Shown piece after piece: positions 31,901 to 42,524 of a DNA stretch of 64,000 nt. Made by a program: the position numbers and the translations under genes. Where the stretch lies: positions 1,952,001 to 2,016,000 of the forward strand of contig CAXXLL010000003.1 in the NCBI GenBank assembly GCA_963662545.2, written 5' to 3'. The notes beneath the pieces are model-generated. The model searched no databases. It worked only from the letters and a program-made list of their open reading frames with translations, and had not been told where the DNA came from. Each line of letters starts with the position of its first letter. The first letter of the stretch is position 1. Source of the DNA: Gammaproteobacteria bacterium. Lineage in GTDB: Bacteria; Pseudomonadota; Gammaproteobacteria; Ga0077536.

Positions 31901-34738
31901 CGCTGGTGCCGCTGATGCCGCTGCTGCTCGAGAAGCTGAGCGTTCCTCCGGCTTCGTTATCGAACGCGCCCGCGTTCACCAGCGTAATGCCGGCGCCGCC
32001 GGTCAGTTGCACGTCGATGGTGCCGAGGTTAGTGAGCACGCGGGTGTCCAGCACCCGGTCGGTCGTTCCGGTCAAACTCAGCGAGCCGCCGGCGTTGATG
32101 CGGGTTTCACCGGCGTCCTGCATGGTGCCGCCGGACCAGCTGCCGGCGCCGGTGACGGCGAGCAGACCGCTGCCGCCGGGTGTGCCGTCGGTGAACGTAA
32201 ACGTGGACGTGGTGATGCTGCCGCTGACGCTTACCGCGCCGTTGTTGATGGCGAGCGCATTTAATGTCGCGGTATTGCCGAAGTCGATGGTGCCCCCGTT
32301 GACGGTCACCGTGCCCGTTGCGGTGAAGCCCGCGGCGGCGTCGAAATTCGTGACGCCGTCGTCGATCGTGAGCGACCCGGCGCCGTTGACCGATGAGCCC
32401 GCGGCGAAGGTGTTGGTCGAGCCGGGCGCGTTGATGCGGAGCGTGGTGCCCGAGGCGAGCGTAAAGCTGCCGGCATGTGTGCCGGCGGCCGCGAGTGTCA
32501 GCGTACCGACGTCGAGCTCGACGACGGCATCGGCGTCGTCCGTCAACGCCGGCAGCGTGACGGCGGTCCCGCCCGTGATGCGCAGGATGCCTAGGTTGAG
32601 CAGGCTCAAAGTCGGCGCGAAGGCAAGGTCATTCTGAATGTCGATGATGCGATCGGCGAGGTTAGTGAGCGTGCCGCTGCCAAGGATGTCGCCGCTCGCG
32701 CCGGGCATCACCGTGAGGTTACCGGCATTGGTGAGCGCTGCGTTCAGGGTCTTGGTGCTCGTGCCTGTGATGTCGAACACCGCGCCGCCGGCGATGCCGG
32801 TCTCGATCGCGAGCGTGCCGCCGCTCCAGTCGAAGTCGTTGACGACAGTGAGGCTGCCGCTGCCGGTCGCCGTGCCGCCCGTCAGCGTCAGCGTATCGAA
32901 CAGGGTGTTGCCGTTGAAGGTCTGGGTGCCGGTGCCAACCGTTACGCTGCCCGCGCGGAAGTCGGCATCGATAGTGCGGTTGTCGGTAAAGCTGACTATC
33001 CCCGAGCCCAAGGTGCGCGCATCGAGCAGGCCGCCGCCGAGGTCGATATCCGCAGCAATCAGGATCCCGCCGCTGATGAGACCGTCGCTGTCGCTGTCGG
33101 CTTCGAGTACGAGGTTCAGCGTTTCACCGCCTTGCGCCGTGTCCGTAATCGGGCTGTTGATATTGATGTCGTTGTGCGCAGAGAAGGTTAGTGTATTGGT
33201 GCCGTTCGTGTCGTCGAGCGCGAGTGTCGCGTTCAGATTAATATTGCCGAGTTCGCTCCCGCCGGCAGACGTCGTCACCGTCACGTTCGCGCCGCCTGAC
33301 AGTGCCGCCTCAATCAGATCCACCCCGAGCGAGGCCCCGTCGCCCGTGCTCGGGAACGCGAACGGATCGCTCGTGTCGATATTCGTCGGCGGGCCGGAAC
33401 CCGCAACGATGTCGATGTCGTTCGGGTCGATGAGCCAGGTGCCGCCCGCACCCTCTGGCGCGGTCACGTCGGGCACCGAGGTGACGCTCAGGTTTTGCTT
33501 CGCCGAGGTCTCAATGAGACCGCCGTCGCCGCCTTTAGCGCCGCCGCGCGCGCTCAGGCGTCCGTGCACCGCCGCCGACTCGTCCGCCCACACGATGACC
33601 CGGCCGCCGTCGCCCTTGACGGTCGCATCGGCGGCGATGACGGCGTTCGCCCCGATCACCGTTTGCAGCGCATTCTTAAGCGTCGCGTCGGCGCCCTGGT
33701 AGCCGCCGCCGACGTGGACCGTGCCGCCGCCGCTGGCGCCGCTCGCGTCGAGCCGTCCTTCGACCACCGCCACGCGTTCACCCAGCACCTCGACGCGCCC
33801 GCCGCGCCGCGCGCCTCGACCATGCCGTCCACCCACGTCGTGCCTGCGGTACTCTCGATCCGCACGCTTCCGCCGGCCGCGCCTGAGGCCGACACCGAGC
33901 TGCCCGAGGCAAGCTCGAGGTTCTCGATCGCCGATAGAATGACCGTTCCGGCCTCGTCCACCGACAGGCTGTCCGCGCGCACCTCGCCCGCATGACGCAG
34001 CGTGCCCGCGAACACCTCCACCGCGCCGCCATTCGCGATCAGTTCGCCGAGATTGAGGACTTCATCCTCCGGCGCCTGTATCTCGAAGTGAAGACCGCTG
34101 CCGTCAAGGCTCGAAATCGTAATTTTGCGGCCCGCCGCGAGCAGCAATCGCCCGCCTTCCGACTCGATCACGCCGCTGTTCTCGATATTCGGGGCGAGGA
34201 GGTAGACATCGCCGTTGTTGCGCGTCTTGATGAAACCGCGGTTGACGATGGCGCCGCTGTCGGGGCTGCGCTCGAACTGCAGCTTGCCTTTTAAGAAATT
34301 TTCATCGGTGATGTTGAGGGTCGAGGCAACGAATCCAGCGGTATCGATGACCGCGCCGGAGCCGATGACGATACCGTTGGGATTGATCAGAAATACGCGG
34401 CCGTTCGAAGCGAGCAGGCCGAGAAGCTGCGACGGATCGACGCCGACCACCCGATTCAACACTGCGCTCGAGGGCGATTGCTGGATGAAGCGGGTGATCT
34501 CGCCCGCCCGAATAGAAAAATTCCGCCAGTTGATGATCGCGTTGGGCGTATTCGTAATGTTCAACACACCCGGCCCGGGCACGTGGAACGCCGCACGTCC
34601 ATGGACGACGCGCGCACCGCCCGGATTCGCGCCCGCGGTGCTCATGATCAGCGCACAGAGGCACAGACCGTGAGCAGCCTGACAGACCCATTTTCTGATG
34701 ATCGCTCCTCGTATCATCTTATCCTTGGTCGATCTCAA
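25963..34738 (-). CDS. Filamentous haemagglutinin-like TpsA exoprotein (~2900 aa if joined); apparent frameshifts near 33805 and 29070
   Basis: Signal peptide, TPS domain (INW..FSI, VLNRV, NPNGI), GGLIETS, WLIDP, G/T/N-rich beta-helix repeats; ORFs 33656..34738, 29046..33836 and 25963..29070 are contiguous parts. Confidence 0.85.
28709..29741. repeat. Near-identical ~373-bp intragenic duplication in TpsA (28709-29081 and 29368-29741)
   Basis: Both copies encode LRNNALLTINDTYDW...LEWEHRNEV; the only difference I saw is a C6 versus C7 tract. Confidence 0.9.
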
Positions 34739-35163
34739 CGGTCTGGTACCGCGTAGCTGTCCGATCCAGGACTAAGGTTGGCCGGTTGCGCCAAGTTGGT
34801 GTGACCGGCAACGCACGGTCGAATTTGTCCCTGAAACTCGGCGCGCGGTAATGCTATCTAATGAATCGTTTATACCATGTTGCGTATGCACATACGGTCG
34901 GATGGCCCCGCTGGGCGACCGGATTTCAGATAGATAAATGTTCATGAAAAGAAAAATAATGTTAATCCCAGGTAAATAGGTCGTATCGAGAGGATTCCTG
35001 AGCCACTCCGGCAGTCCCGCGTCGAACCTCCGGCATTGTGCGCGTTGCCGACCACCCCAAAGGGTCGGTTCCATACCGATGACGACTCGCTGCGTGGGCG
35101 TCTCGCTCAAGACATCGCGATTCGTGCCGTTACCATCGGTGGACCTAAAAAAGGTGGCAAGCG

Positions 35164-35565
35164 ATGCGCCGTTGGAATACGTCGATTCCGACGATTTTAC
35201 TCGTAGTTTTGACCGGCTGTGCGACGGTTCAGGATCTGCAGACCGAGCGGTTCGGCATCGTATCGAACGTATACCAGCAGACTGCGCCTGGTCTGTTCAT
35301 AGAGCACCAGTTCGTTGATCGGCCTGAATCGGTTTCTACGTGGGTACGCGTGGACCTGGTAGCATCCGCGACCGATGGCCGGACGGTGGCGACGGCCCTT
35401 GTCGTAATCGGTGAATCCGTCCAGCGGGGCGACGCAGTTCGGGTCCACCTAGCTTCTCGTAGCGCCCAGCCGAGCAGCGAGATTGTTTCGCCGAGAAATC
35501 GGGTCGTCGAAATTATTAACGAAGATTCCCCGGCTATTGCCGGAATCGGCATGCAGCTGTTCTAA
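35164..35565 (+). CDS. Putative lipoprotein
   Basis: Lipobox LTGC after a hydrophobic signal; AGGTGG RBS upstream. Confidence 0.65.
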   Translation: MRRWNTSIPTILLVVLTGCATVQDLQTERFGIVSNVYQQTAPGLFIEHQFVDRPESVSTWVRVDLVASATDGRTVATALVVIGESVQRGDAVRVHLASRSAQPSSEIVSPRNRVVEIINEDSPAIAGIGMQLF

Positions 35566-35631
35566 ATTTCTACAGCGCGGCTGCGCGGTTCCGAGCCCAT
35601 TCACTCGCCTGCTTTTGTTGATTGCGCCTTA

Positions 35632-35793
35632 GGAACCTTTGAATAAGTCATGGCCGATCTGCCTGGCCCATGAAATCGCGGAGCCTTACGTTACGAACCT
35701 TAGCCATAGTCCCCGCTATGGCCTGCGATTCGTGCCTTGATCTGCACCATTGCATGAACCATTCAGACGCACCATGACTTATTCAGAGGTTCC
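35632..35793. mobile_element. MITE family 2, copy 2 (162 bp)
   Basis: Same TIR as 10821-10982 (1 mismatch); CTTA direct repeats at 35628-35631 and 35794-35797. Confidence 0.85.
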
Positions 35794-35794
35794 C

Positions 35795-36517
35795 TTATTT
35801 TTCGGTGTTTCTGTAATCGTCGTAAATGGCGCGGGCCCATTTCAATAACGGACGATCGCAGTGGGCGGCGATGAAGCGGTCCACGGGTTCGGGCAGGGGC
35901 TCGGTAAAGCGCCAGCTCGGGGCGAGCAGGGCACTGACCGAGAGATCGGCGCGGCTGAACAGCGGGCCGGCGAGAAACTTGTGTTTTTCGAGGCGTTTTT
36001 CGATGTGATCAAATGCTGCCAGCATTTTTGCTTCGGCGGCTTTTGCGCCTTCCGCATCGATGTGGTAAAGGGCCCGCACGCGTTTGCGCACGGCGGGGAA
36101 AATGAGTTTGTACAGCGGGCCGGCCCACCACGGGCCGTCTTCAGTCAGCAGCGCGGATGCGAGCTTACGGTCCGGCAGAACGTGATAATAGAAAAACAGG
36201 CGCAAGGGTACGCCGACGTTGGCATCGGCGTAGCGCTCCCATTCGTGCGCCATGGAAGCGTCCGCGGTCGTGGTTGGCGTCAGCGGCGGATGCGACTGTT
36301 TCTTGTCGAGGTAGGTAATGATGGCGTCTGAGCCCTGTATGGGTTTGTCGTCGTCGATGAGCACGGGCACACTCGTTCCGGGCGCGATCTTCCGCAGAGC
36401 GGCAGCGTGCGGACCCGGCACGAGGTTCTTGATGCGGTAGTCGATACCCTTGTATTCGAGCGCCCAGCGCGCCTTCTCGCAAAAATGTGAGATCGGGAAC
36501 TGATACAGCGTCATCAT
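35795..36517 (-). CDS. Glutathione S-transferase family protein
   Basis: LYQFPISHFCEKARWAL, VPVL, GSDAI, FLAG..FSRAD. Confidence 0.9.
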   Translation of the reverse strand: MMTLYQFPISHFCEKARWALEYKGIDYRIKNLVPGPHAAALRKIAPGTSVPVLIDDDKPIQGSDAIITYLDKKQSHPPLTPTTTADASMAHEWERYADANVGVPLRLFFYYHVLPDRKLASALLTEDGPWWAGPLYKLIFPAVRKRVRALYHIDAEGAKAAEAKMLAAFDHIEKRLEKHKFLAGPLFSRADLSVSALLAPSWRFTEPLPEPVDRFIAAHCDRPLLKWARAIYDDYRNTEK

Positions 36518-36588
36518 GGCCATGGCTCCGTGAATGGCTGGATGCACAATTGTTGAGGTCGAAGTATAAACTGCTACTCCTGGGGTCA

Positions 36589-36628
36589 GGTCTTTCATTG
36601 CCACATCGTGATGTGGCAATGAAAGACC
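36589..36628. repeat. Perfect 19-bp-arm palindrome (GGGGTCAG-type REP-like)
   Basis: GGTCTTTCATTGCCACATC-GT-GATGTGGCAATGAAAGACC. Confidence 0.75.
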
Positions 36629-36700
36629 CCAAATTGCTGAAAGCGTCTAACTCGAATGGTAGCACCGAGAAATGGTGAAAACGCGGCGCGGTAACAAGCA

Positions 36701-37621
36701 TTGAAGAAGACTTTTATCATTTTCAGCGTCTTGATACTGCTGATCTTGGGCGCCTTGGCTGTGACCGTATCGATATACGATTTCGACCAATGGAAGGCGC
36801 CACTCGCTGCGCAGGTCAAGGCGGCAACTGGCTATGACATTACCATCGCCGGGGACATTAGCGTAAAGGGCTCTTATGTCCCTACCTTGGTCGTCAATGA
36901 TATTTCAATCGCGAATGTTGCCTGGGCGAGTCAAGAGAAATTCGTCGAGATTGCGCGAGTCGAGGTGCGACCGTCCATCGTGTCCATCTTGTTCGGATCG
37001 CTGATCGCCGAGGAGGTTTTATTCGACGGCGTTCGCGTCAATTTTGAAACCGACGGTGATGGCGGTGCGAACTGGCGGCAACAACGTGACGGCGCGGTGG
37101 CGGAGAATGCCCTGGACTTCGACATGAGCGCGGTGGCGCTCCGGAAACTTTCTGGTTTCGACATCAAGCTGCGGTTTCGTAGCGGTTGGGCGCAGATGGA
37201 GGATGTCTATCGCGTCAACGAGGTGACTGTCGCCACCAATGCACCGGCCAAACCGATTTCGATCGCGCTGTCCGGTGTCGTTCGAAATCACGCGCTCGAG
37301 ATCATCGGGACCATCGGGACGCTGGAAAGTTACGCGCAAAATAAATCGGCGTCGGTCGCATTGCAGGGCTCCTATGGCGGTGCGGAAATGACGCTGAGCG
37401 GCTCCATCAGTCAATCCAGAGTCTTCGCGGGCATCGATCTCGATTTTAAACTGCATGCGGAAACATTGAATGATTTCGGTCCGGTCACGCTCGGTACGAC
37501 AGGCGTATACGAGCTGCCAAAAGATCAGCCCGTTCGAATCGTCGCGCACGCGACGAGTACCGAGTTTGGTCCGCAGATCGAAAATTTCGAACTTCGCATT
37601 GGCAACCTGATTCTCAAATAG
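36701..37621 (+). CDS. AsmA-family protein (short, possibly truncated)
   Basis: N-terminal TM, VKAATG..I.I.GDI, D.DG.ANW motif. Confidence 0.75.
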   Translation: MKKTFIIFSVLILLILGALAVTVSIYDFDQWKAPLAAQVKAATGYDITIAGDISVKGSYVPTLVVNDISIANVAWASQEKFVEIARVEVRPSIVSILFGSLIAEEVLFDGVRVNFETDGDGGANWRQQRDGAVAENALDFDMSAVALRKLSGFDIKLRFRSGWAQMEDVYRVNEVTVATNAPAKPISIALSGVVRNHALEIIGTIGTLESYAQNKSASVALQGSYGGAEMTLSGSISQSRVFAGIDLDFKLHAETLNDFGPVTLGTTGVYELPKDQPVRIVAHATSTEFGPQIENFELRIGNLILK

Positions 37622-37690
37622 AAGGACTAGTCGGGTAAGACCTGACCGCAATTCGCACGGTAGAATGAAACGGTAGGTTGGGGCGATGAC

Positions 37691-39247
37691 ATGACGGAGA
37701 CTCGGGAAGGGCGTGCGAGTGTTTGCGTGATCGGCGCCGGCATAGCTGGGCTGGTGACCGCCAAGGTCTTCGGTGAAGATGGTTTCGACGTTACCGTATT
37801 CGAGAAAGAATCGGCCCTCGGGGGGACATGGGCCGCTGCACGTAGTTACCCGGGTCTGCGCACTAACAACTGCAAATACACCTACGCGTTTTCCGATTTT
37901 CCATATCCGGAGTCCGTCGATGTATACCCGCAAGCCGATCAGGTGCGTAGATACCTCGAATCCTACGCCGATCATTTCGGTATCCGCTCGCGAATAAACT
38001 TCGACCGACACGTAAGCCGTATCGCGCGATCGAGCGCAGGCGGCGATCGATATGAAATAGTCCTACAACCGACCGGCGGCGGTGCGGAACAAAGCGCCGA
38101 ATTCGATTTCGTCGTCGTGTGTAACGGGGTATTCCATCTCCCCCACATGCCGACGATCGAGGGCATGTCCGACTTCGCCGGGCGGATCGTGGCCTCCTGC
38201 GACGTAACCGATGCTATCTACGAGCAAAGCAAGCACCCGATCGTCGTTGGTGGCGGCAAATCTGCGCTCGACTCCGCGACAGGCGCCGCGAAGCGCGGCC
38301 TGTCGCCCACTCTCGTGTTTCGGCATCCGCACTGGATCGCACCGCGTTTTCTTCCAGGCGGGATTCCCGGCGATTTCGTCATTTTGTTGCGGTTGACGGC
38401 ATCGACCTTGCGTTATCACGAACTACACGGCATCGATCGGTTTCTGCAGACGGTCGGGAAACCGCTGTCGGATTTGTGGTGGACGTTCGTTTCCTTCATT
38501 TTCCCTAAGATTTTAGGGATGCCACGGGAACTCACACCCGATCCGCTGCCGCATGATCTGGAAAGATTCGGGGTGGGCGGGGAATTTTTCGATGAATTCA
38601 ACGCCGGCCGCGCGAAGGCCGTCGCCGGTGAGATCAAGCGATTCAAGCAAAACAGCGTCGAATTGACGAACGGAAAAGAAATCCCGGCGGATCTCGTTAT
38701 CTTTGCAACGGGCTGGGAACAAGACATGTCGTTTCTGGCCGATGATCTCCGCGAAGAAATCGTGCACCAGGGCCGCTTTCGCCTCTACCGGCATCTGCTG
38801 CCGCCAACGGCACAGCGGATTGGATTTGTCGGCTATGCGTCCTCCGTGGCGGCGCAGCTCACCGCTGAGATAGGCGCGCATTGGCTTTCGCAGTGTTTCC
38901 TCGGTGCCTTGTCATTGCCTTCGGTCGAAGACATGGAACAAGAAATTGACCGCGTCCATGCCTGGGCAGCAGAAACCATGCCGAGCCGCCGCGCCGGTTA
39001 CTTCGTCGGCGCTTTTGTCCCGCAGTACGTCGATGACCTGGTGAGGGACATGGGACTTCCCACCAAACGCACCGGCAACTTCATCAAGGAATACCTGACA
39101 CCCTTTTTCGCATCACGCTTTTCGAACCTGGGTGAAGAGCGGCGCAGGAGCCGTGAAGGGCTGGCCGCATTGCCGCGCGGATTCTATTTCAGCGGCGTGC
39201 ATGCCGGTATCGCCGCCCTTGTGATCGTTCTCGTGCTGTGGTGGTAG
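37691..39247 (+). CDS. Flavin-containing monooxygenase (FMO-like)
   Basis: GAGIAG, GGTW, YPGL, FSDFP, GGGKSA, ATG; C-terminal TM helix. Confidence 0.88.
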   Translation: MTETREGRASVCVIGAGIAGLVTAKVFGEDGFDVTVFEKESALGGTWAAARSYPGLRTNNCKYTYAFSDFPYPESVDVYPQADQVRRYLESYADHFGIRSRINFDRHVSRIARSSAGGDRYEIVLQPTGGGAEQSAEFDFVVVCNGVFHLPHMPTIEGMSDFAGRIVASCDVTDAIYEQSKHPIVVGGGKSALDSATGAAKRGLSPTLVFRHPHWIAPRFLPGGIPGDFVILLRLTASTLRYHELHGIDRFLQTVGKPLSDLWWTFVSFIFPKILGMPRELTPDPLPHDLERFGVGGEFFDEFNAGRAKAVAGEIKRFKQNSVELTNGKEIPADLVIFATGWEQDMSFLADDLREEIVHQGRFRLYRHLLPPTAQRIGFVGYASSVAAQLTAEIGAHWLSQCFLGALSLPSVEDMEQEIDRVHAWAAETMPSRRAGYFVGAFVPQYVDDLVRDMGLPTKRTGNFIKEYLTPFFASRFSNLGEERRRSREGLAALPRGFYFSGVHAGIAALVIVLVLWW

Positions 39248-39284
39248 TGGGAATTTGCCCACCTGCGGGCGATTTCCTATGCGC

Positions 39285-39779
39285 TTAATGATCCACGTCG
39301 AATAATTCCCGGCCGATTTTTGCGGCCGATCGTCTGATGACATCCGCGATCTGCTGCGATGCGATATCGATCAGGACGATTTCGCCGTCTATTTCGGCGC
39401 GCTCGTAGCCGTTCCTGACAGGCGGCAGCCGGGTTTCCAGATCGTCCGGTAAGCGTTTCTTGGCAATTCCCGGGGGCATGTCACCGCCGCGTTCCAGCTT
39501 TTTCGCAATTCCCGGCGGCAGTCCCTTGGGATTGCCTTTACGCTTAGTTGATTTTTTGTGCCCCTTACCCGGCTTTGAATCGCCGTACCGATCGTCGTTG
39601 TGCTCCTTGTGACCGTCGGAGCCGTATTTGCTTTGATAATAATCAAGGATCAATTTGCGTTCGACTTCGGAAAATATCTCTTTGCCAAAATTCTTGAAAT
39701 CATCGACGACGGTTTCGGCGCAGGCTGCCGAAGTCAATAAGGAAAAAGTTATGAATAGTGCGGTTGTTACCGTTCTCAT
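39285..39779 (-). CDS. Secreted hypothetical protein (RcnB-like LPPGIAKK repeats)
   Basis: Signal peptide, two PPGIAKK motifs, C-terminal VLID...IADVI. Confidence 0.7.
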   Translation of the reverse strand: MRTVTTALFITFSLLTSAACAETVVDDFKNFGKEIFSEVERKLILDYYQSKYGSDGHKEHNDDRYGDSKPGKGHKKSTKRKGNPKGLPPGIAKKLERGGDMPPGIAKKRLPDDLETRLPPVRNGYERAEIDGEIVLIDIASQQIADVIRRSAAKIGRELFDVDH

Positions 39780-39849
39780 GGGGCCACTCCAGAGTATGTA
39801 AGTCTTTTGATCGATTCGTTCTTCGGGCAACGCCCGGAGTTAAGTTCGA

Positions 39850-39898
39850 GACAAAGGCGCCTGAGGGATTACATTTTAGTCCCTCAGGCGCCTTTGTC
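39850..39898. terminator. Strong hairpin (19-bp stem), terminator-like
   Basis: GACAAAGGCGCCTGAGGGA ... TCCCTCAGGCGCCTTTGTC; lies between divergent genes, so its role is uncertain. Confidence 0.45.
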
Positions 39899-40106
39899 GT
39901 CGACCGACAGAACATGGCCTGCTTTGCAGGGTTTAGAACTCGATCGAGTGATTTCGCTCTGCGAGAAGCCTCCATAAGCCAATTTGATGCCTGCATGAGG
40001 CCGTTAAGTCTCGGGAACAGGTCCTGGAAAGGCAAGCCGGGGGCGCTATGGACGGGGGGCGGTGGGCAATATCAGCCGGCTGCCGGACGGTTTACCCAGC
40101 TTCGAC

Positions 40107-40134
40107 TTGAAGCCGCCGGGCAGCTTCTTATAAT
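40107..40134 (+). promoter_or_regulatory. Putative sigma70 promoter upstream of EF-G2
   Basis: TTGAAG-N16-TATAAT. Confidence 0.45.
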
Positions 40135-40374
40135 CGAGAGAAATGAAACGATAAAGCGCCGGTAATCGCCCGTACGCCGTGGTGATGCGGCGGATTGAGA
40201 ACGGGCGTCAGCCCACGGACTGACCCTGGCCGCGCGCGAACGCTCAAGCCCCACCGGGACCGAGCCAAGCGGCGCCGGGCGGGATCCGAGAAATCCGCCG
40301 CGTCGAACCATGGTCACAACTACGGTATCCCTCAAGCGGTTCTGCCGGTGCAATAACGACCGGGAGAGCCTCTT

Positions 40375-42426
40375 ATGCCTAGTTACACCACCAAGGACAT
40401 CCGCAACATCGCCCTAGTCGGCGCCGGCGGGACCGGCAAGACCATGTTGGTCGAGTCATTACTCGCTGCCGCCGGCGTCATCAAGCAGAAAGGCGAGATA
40501 TCGCGCAGGACGACGGTCTGTGATCATCTTCCCCAGGAGCAGGCGCACGAGCATTCCCTCGATTGTGCGATCGTCAGCTTCGACTACAAGGGCAAGCACC
40601 TCAACATCCTCGACACGCCGGGGTCGCCCGATTTCATCGGTCGCGCGCTCTCCGTGCTGCCGGCGGTCGAAACGGTAGCCGTCGTCGTGAACGCATCGTC
40701 CGGGCCCGATATGACGGCGCGGCGGATGATGGACTGGGCGCACGATCGGGGTCTCGACCGTATCGTGATCATCAATCGCATCGATGACGCGGAAAAAGAA
40801 CTCGAGAACTGCCTTGCCCGCATACAGGAAATGTTCGGTTCGAAATGCCTGCCGCTCAATCTTCCAGCACAGGGCGCCAGCGAAGTCCTCGACTGCTTCT
40901 TCAAACCCAACGGCGCGGATACCGATTTTTCGACCGTTGCGGCGGCCCATACCCAGCTAGTCGATCAAGTCGTGGAAGTCGACGACGAACTGATGGAACT
41001 TTATCTGGAACAGGGTGAGGACATTTCGCCCGATCAACTGCACGATCCATTCGAGAAAGCGCTGCGCGAAGATCATCTGGTGCCGGTGTGTTTTACTTCA
41101 GCCGAGACCGATGCTGGCGTCGAGCAGCTTCTGGAAGTGTTCTGCAAGTTGATGCCGAGTCCCGAAGAAGGCAACGCGCCGGATTTTTTCCGAGGCGACG
41201 ACGACAGTGGTGAACCGATCCATTTCGAGCCGGATCCCGACAAGCCCGTTCTCGCGCATACCTTTAAGGTCAATATCGATCCTTTCATCGGCCGCCTCGG
41301 TGCCTTTCGCATCCACCAGGGCACGATAAAGAAAGACAGCCAGCTCTGCATCGGCGACGCACGCCGACCGTTTCGTGTGAGCCATCTGCTCAAGCTGCGC
41401 GGCGCTGAAACCGCGGAAATCGATGCCGGCATTCCCGGCGACATCTGCGCGGTGGCCAAGGTCGACGAAATGGAGTTCAACGCGGTCCTCCACGACTCGC
41501 ATGATGAAGATTACATCCACATTCGCTCCGTGCAGTTGCCGACACCCATGCAGGGAGTTGCGTTGACCGCCAAGAGCCGCGGTCAGGAGCAGAAGTTGTC
41601 CGATGCCCTGAACAAGCTGAAAGCCGAAGATCCCAGCATCGTCATCGAACATAATCACGCGCAGAACCAGACGATCATGCGCGCCGTTGGCGACCTGCAT
41701 TTGCGGATACTGCTGGAAGGTCTGGCCGACCGCTTCAATGTCGAGGTCGAAACGACGCCGCCCAAGATCGCTTATCGCGAAACGATCCAGTCGAAGGCCG
41801 AAGGCCATCATCGTCACAAGAAACAGACGGGCGGCGCCGGGCAATTCGGCGAAGTATTTCTGCGGATTGCGCCGCTTTCACGCGGCGACGGATTTAAATT
41901 CAACAACAAGATTGTCGGCGGCGCAATTCCGCGTCAGTTCATTCCGGCGATCGAAAAGGGCATCAAGCAGGCAATGACGGAGGGCATCGTCGCCGGTTAT
42001 CCACTGGAAGACGTCGAGGTCACGGTTTACGACGGCAAGTTCCATGCAGTCGACTCGAAAGAAATCGCCTTCATTGCGGCGGGTAAGAAAGCATTCATCG
42101 AAGCCGTCAAAAAAGCGGGCCCGGTCGTGCTCGAGCCTATCGTCAACGTGGACATCGTCGCGCCGAGCACGAACGTAGGCGACATCACGGGCGATCTGTC
42201 GAGCAAGCGCGCCCGTATCAACGAGACCACGGCGTATGATGATGGTTTGAGCGGAATCAGCGCCTCGGTGCCGCTGGCCGAACTCGACGGCTACCAGTCA
42301 CACTTGCGGTCGATCACTGCGGGCGCAGGCACTTTCTCGCTGGAATTGAGCCACTACGACCCGGTACCGGCGAGAACACAAGCCGAACTCGCGGCTGAGT
42401 TTCGGCCCAGCGCAGGAGACGAATAG
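40375..42426 (+). CDS. fusA2: Elongation factor G paralogue (EF-G2 type)
   Basis: GAGGTGKT, DTPG, NRID, AYRETI, HKKQTGGAGQFG, DGKFHAVDS, LEPI; outside the str operon. Confidence 0.9.
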   Translation: MPSYTTKDIRNIALVGAGGTGKTMLVESLLAAAGVIKQKGEISRRTTVCDHLPQEQAHEHSLDCAIVSFDYKGKHLNILDTPGSPDFIGRALSVLPAVETVAVVVNASSGPDMTARRMMDWAHDRGLDRIVIINRIDDAEKELENCLARIQEMFGSKCLPLNLPAQGASEVLDCFFKPNGADTDFSTVAAAHTQLVDQVVEVDDELMELYLEQGEDISPDQLHDPFEKALREDHLVPVCFTSAETDAGVEQLLEVFCKLMPSPEEGNAPDFFRGDDDSGEPIHFEPDPDKPVLAHTFKVNIDPFIGRLGAFRIHQGTIKKDSQLCIGDARRPFRVSHLLKLRGAETAEIDAGIPGDICAVAKVDEMEFNAVLHDSHDEDYIHIRSVQLPTPMQGVALTAKSRGQEQKLSDALNKLKAEDPSIVIEHNHAQNQTIMRAVGDLHLRILLEGLADRFNVEVETTPPKIAYRETIQSKAEGHHRHKKQTGGAGQFGEVFLRIAPLSRGDGFKFNNKIVGGAIPRQFIPAIEKGIKQAMTEGIVAGYPLEDVEVTVYDGKFHAVDSKEIAFIAAGKKAFIEAVKKAGPVVLEPIVNVDIVAPSTNVGDITGDLSSKRARINETTAYDDGLSGISASVPLAELDGYQSHLRSITAGAGTFSLELSHYDPVPARTQAELAAEFRPSAGDE

Positions 42427-42478
42427 CGCGTTTGCCGCGCCCTGATTTTCATTGCGACTTGCGCTTTTGGTATCACCA

Positions 42479-42501
42479 TTCGCCGGCAAGCGGGCTCCTA
42501 C
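42479..42501 (-). repeat. GTAG-type REP
   Basis: Reverse strand reads GTAGGAGCCCGCTTGCCGGCGAA, between convergent genes. Confidence 0.65.
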
Positions 42502-42524
42502 GCCGGCTGGTGTTGGGGTCGTGA

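Noticed and set aside
26009-33995. Long plus-strand ORFs (e.g. 27562..29052, 30246..31547, 31501..32637)
   Set aside because: Antisense shadows of the GC-rich TpsA gene with no recognisable motifs.
25963-34738. CDI toxin system
   Set aside because: No VENN/pre-toxin motif, toxin domain or immunity gene; the C-terminus is a Pro-rich stalk.
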